Assembly: GCA_038496445.1 (NCBI GenBank)
Contig: JALMLS010000479.1
Span: forward strand, 209,240-273,239
Length of the DNA stretch: 64,000 bases
Source of the DNA: Trichosphaerium sp. ATCC 40318
Taxonomy: Eukaryota > Protista > Tubulinea
Direction of reading: 5' to 3'
Position numbers and translations under genes: made by a program. Of this stretch, positions 63,188-64,000 are shown piece after piece; within the stretch, counting starts at the first letter, position 1, and each line of letters opens with the position of its first letter. Under the pieces are notes generated by a model, which ran no database searches, was not told where the DNA came from, and saw only the letters and a program-made list of their open reading frames with translations.

Positions 63188-63655
63188 GAAGAATGCAAGA
63201 GATGATATGTCTATATGTATGCCAGATAATGAAGGGATGAACACGTCTTTAGTTGAGGATGCTATGCACGTGGCGTAGTTTAGTAGAAAGGGAAGAAAAA
63301 AGTGCTTTATTTTTTTTGGAAAGTTTTTTTTTTCTTGCATGAAACACAGCTTTAAAAACCAAGGAAAAGCACATAGCAATAAAATAATGTATCATACTAC
63401 TCCTTATTCAGTTTTTTTTGCACTCAAAAGCATACAAATCGAAGCAAAAGTGCACCAGTTAAAAAGAAACTAAAAATGTGAATAATTTTTCGATGTTTGC
63501 TTTCTGTGCTTGCTCGTATTGCACAGTTTGAAAAAGTTCTGTAGTGATTATCAATGTGGTGCTATATATAAAAACAGCTTTAACTCTGTCAAGGGTATGA
63601 TGAGGCAAAGTATTTTTGTGTTTTATTGTTTTTATCAGAATGAATTGTTTACAGT

Positions 63656-64000
63656 TTATCGTTCAATATCAATGGCACCCATACTCAAACCTATGCTACA
63701 AAAAGGCATGCTCTGCTCTATAGTATTTTCTTCATTGATACCAAACAAGCGCTACAGAGCAATTCATTAGCCAGGTATTGTCAATATAGTCAAAACAAAA
63801 AGATGTGGTTACCTGTTCACAAAGTACAAGAATAAAAATAGCAACTATGACACTAACCACCATTAATAACAAACACACGATAGCCCAAAGCATTAGGGTA
63901 GTGCCTAATTTGCACACTAGACTACAAGGCGTCCCTTCAAAAGACAATTAAAAAAACCGTTTGAGAAAACAAGTAAAACTAAAAACATCAACTGCACCTG
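63656..64000 (-). CDS. 3' end of a membrane-protein gene extending beyond the window
   Basis: Exon with hydrophobic LMLWAIVCLLLMVVSVIVAIFILVLCEQ, an intron, then last exon RLFGINEE...DIER*. Confidence 0.45.

Noticed and set aside
1-64000. Alternative genetic code
   Set aside because: All conserved genes translate with the standard code once introns are removed; TAA, TAG and TGA all serve as stops.

Overview
AT-rich (about 35% GC), intron-dense eukaryotic DNA with short introns (GTACGT/GTATGT/GTAAGT donors, CTRAC/CTAAT branch points). Gene content suggests an amoeboid protist (inference). In order: a degenerate tRNA-like element, GNAT acetyltransferase, unknown membrane protein, DDX6/Dhh1, P2C Na+/K+-ATPase alpha, intronless F-box/LRR genes, GH81 beta-1,3-glucanase, a 2OG-Fe(II) oxygenase, two head-to-head F-box-SNF2 helicase paralogs, an F-box/MORN gene, a BPL-N (GATase-like) gene, a VWA/Cys-repeat transmembrane receptor, a homeobox gene, an M28 peptidase and an atypical MAPK. 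12.7-26.6 kb is a chain of fold-back duplications of the ATPase-LRR-GH81 locus joined by microhomology, most probably amplification chimeras or an assembly artefact. The best candidate for a new system is the 2OG-Fe(II) oxygenase fused to a disordered tail with eight E-x-x-[ST]-G-[IV]-P-[PLR]-T-K motifs, an architecture like a self-modifying enzyme-precursor (RiPP-like) fusion. Other oddities: a Cys-rich glycosylated insert where the ATPase beta-binding motif should be, a GH81 with Gln at a catalytic Glu position, a MAPK without TxY, and CACGTG enrichment in introns. Gene models were spliced by hand, so ends are approximate.
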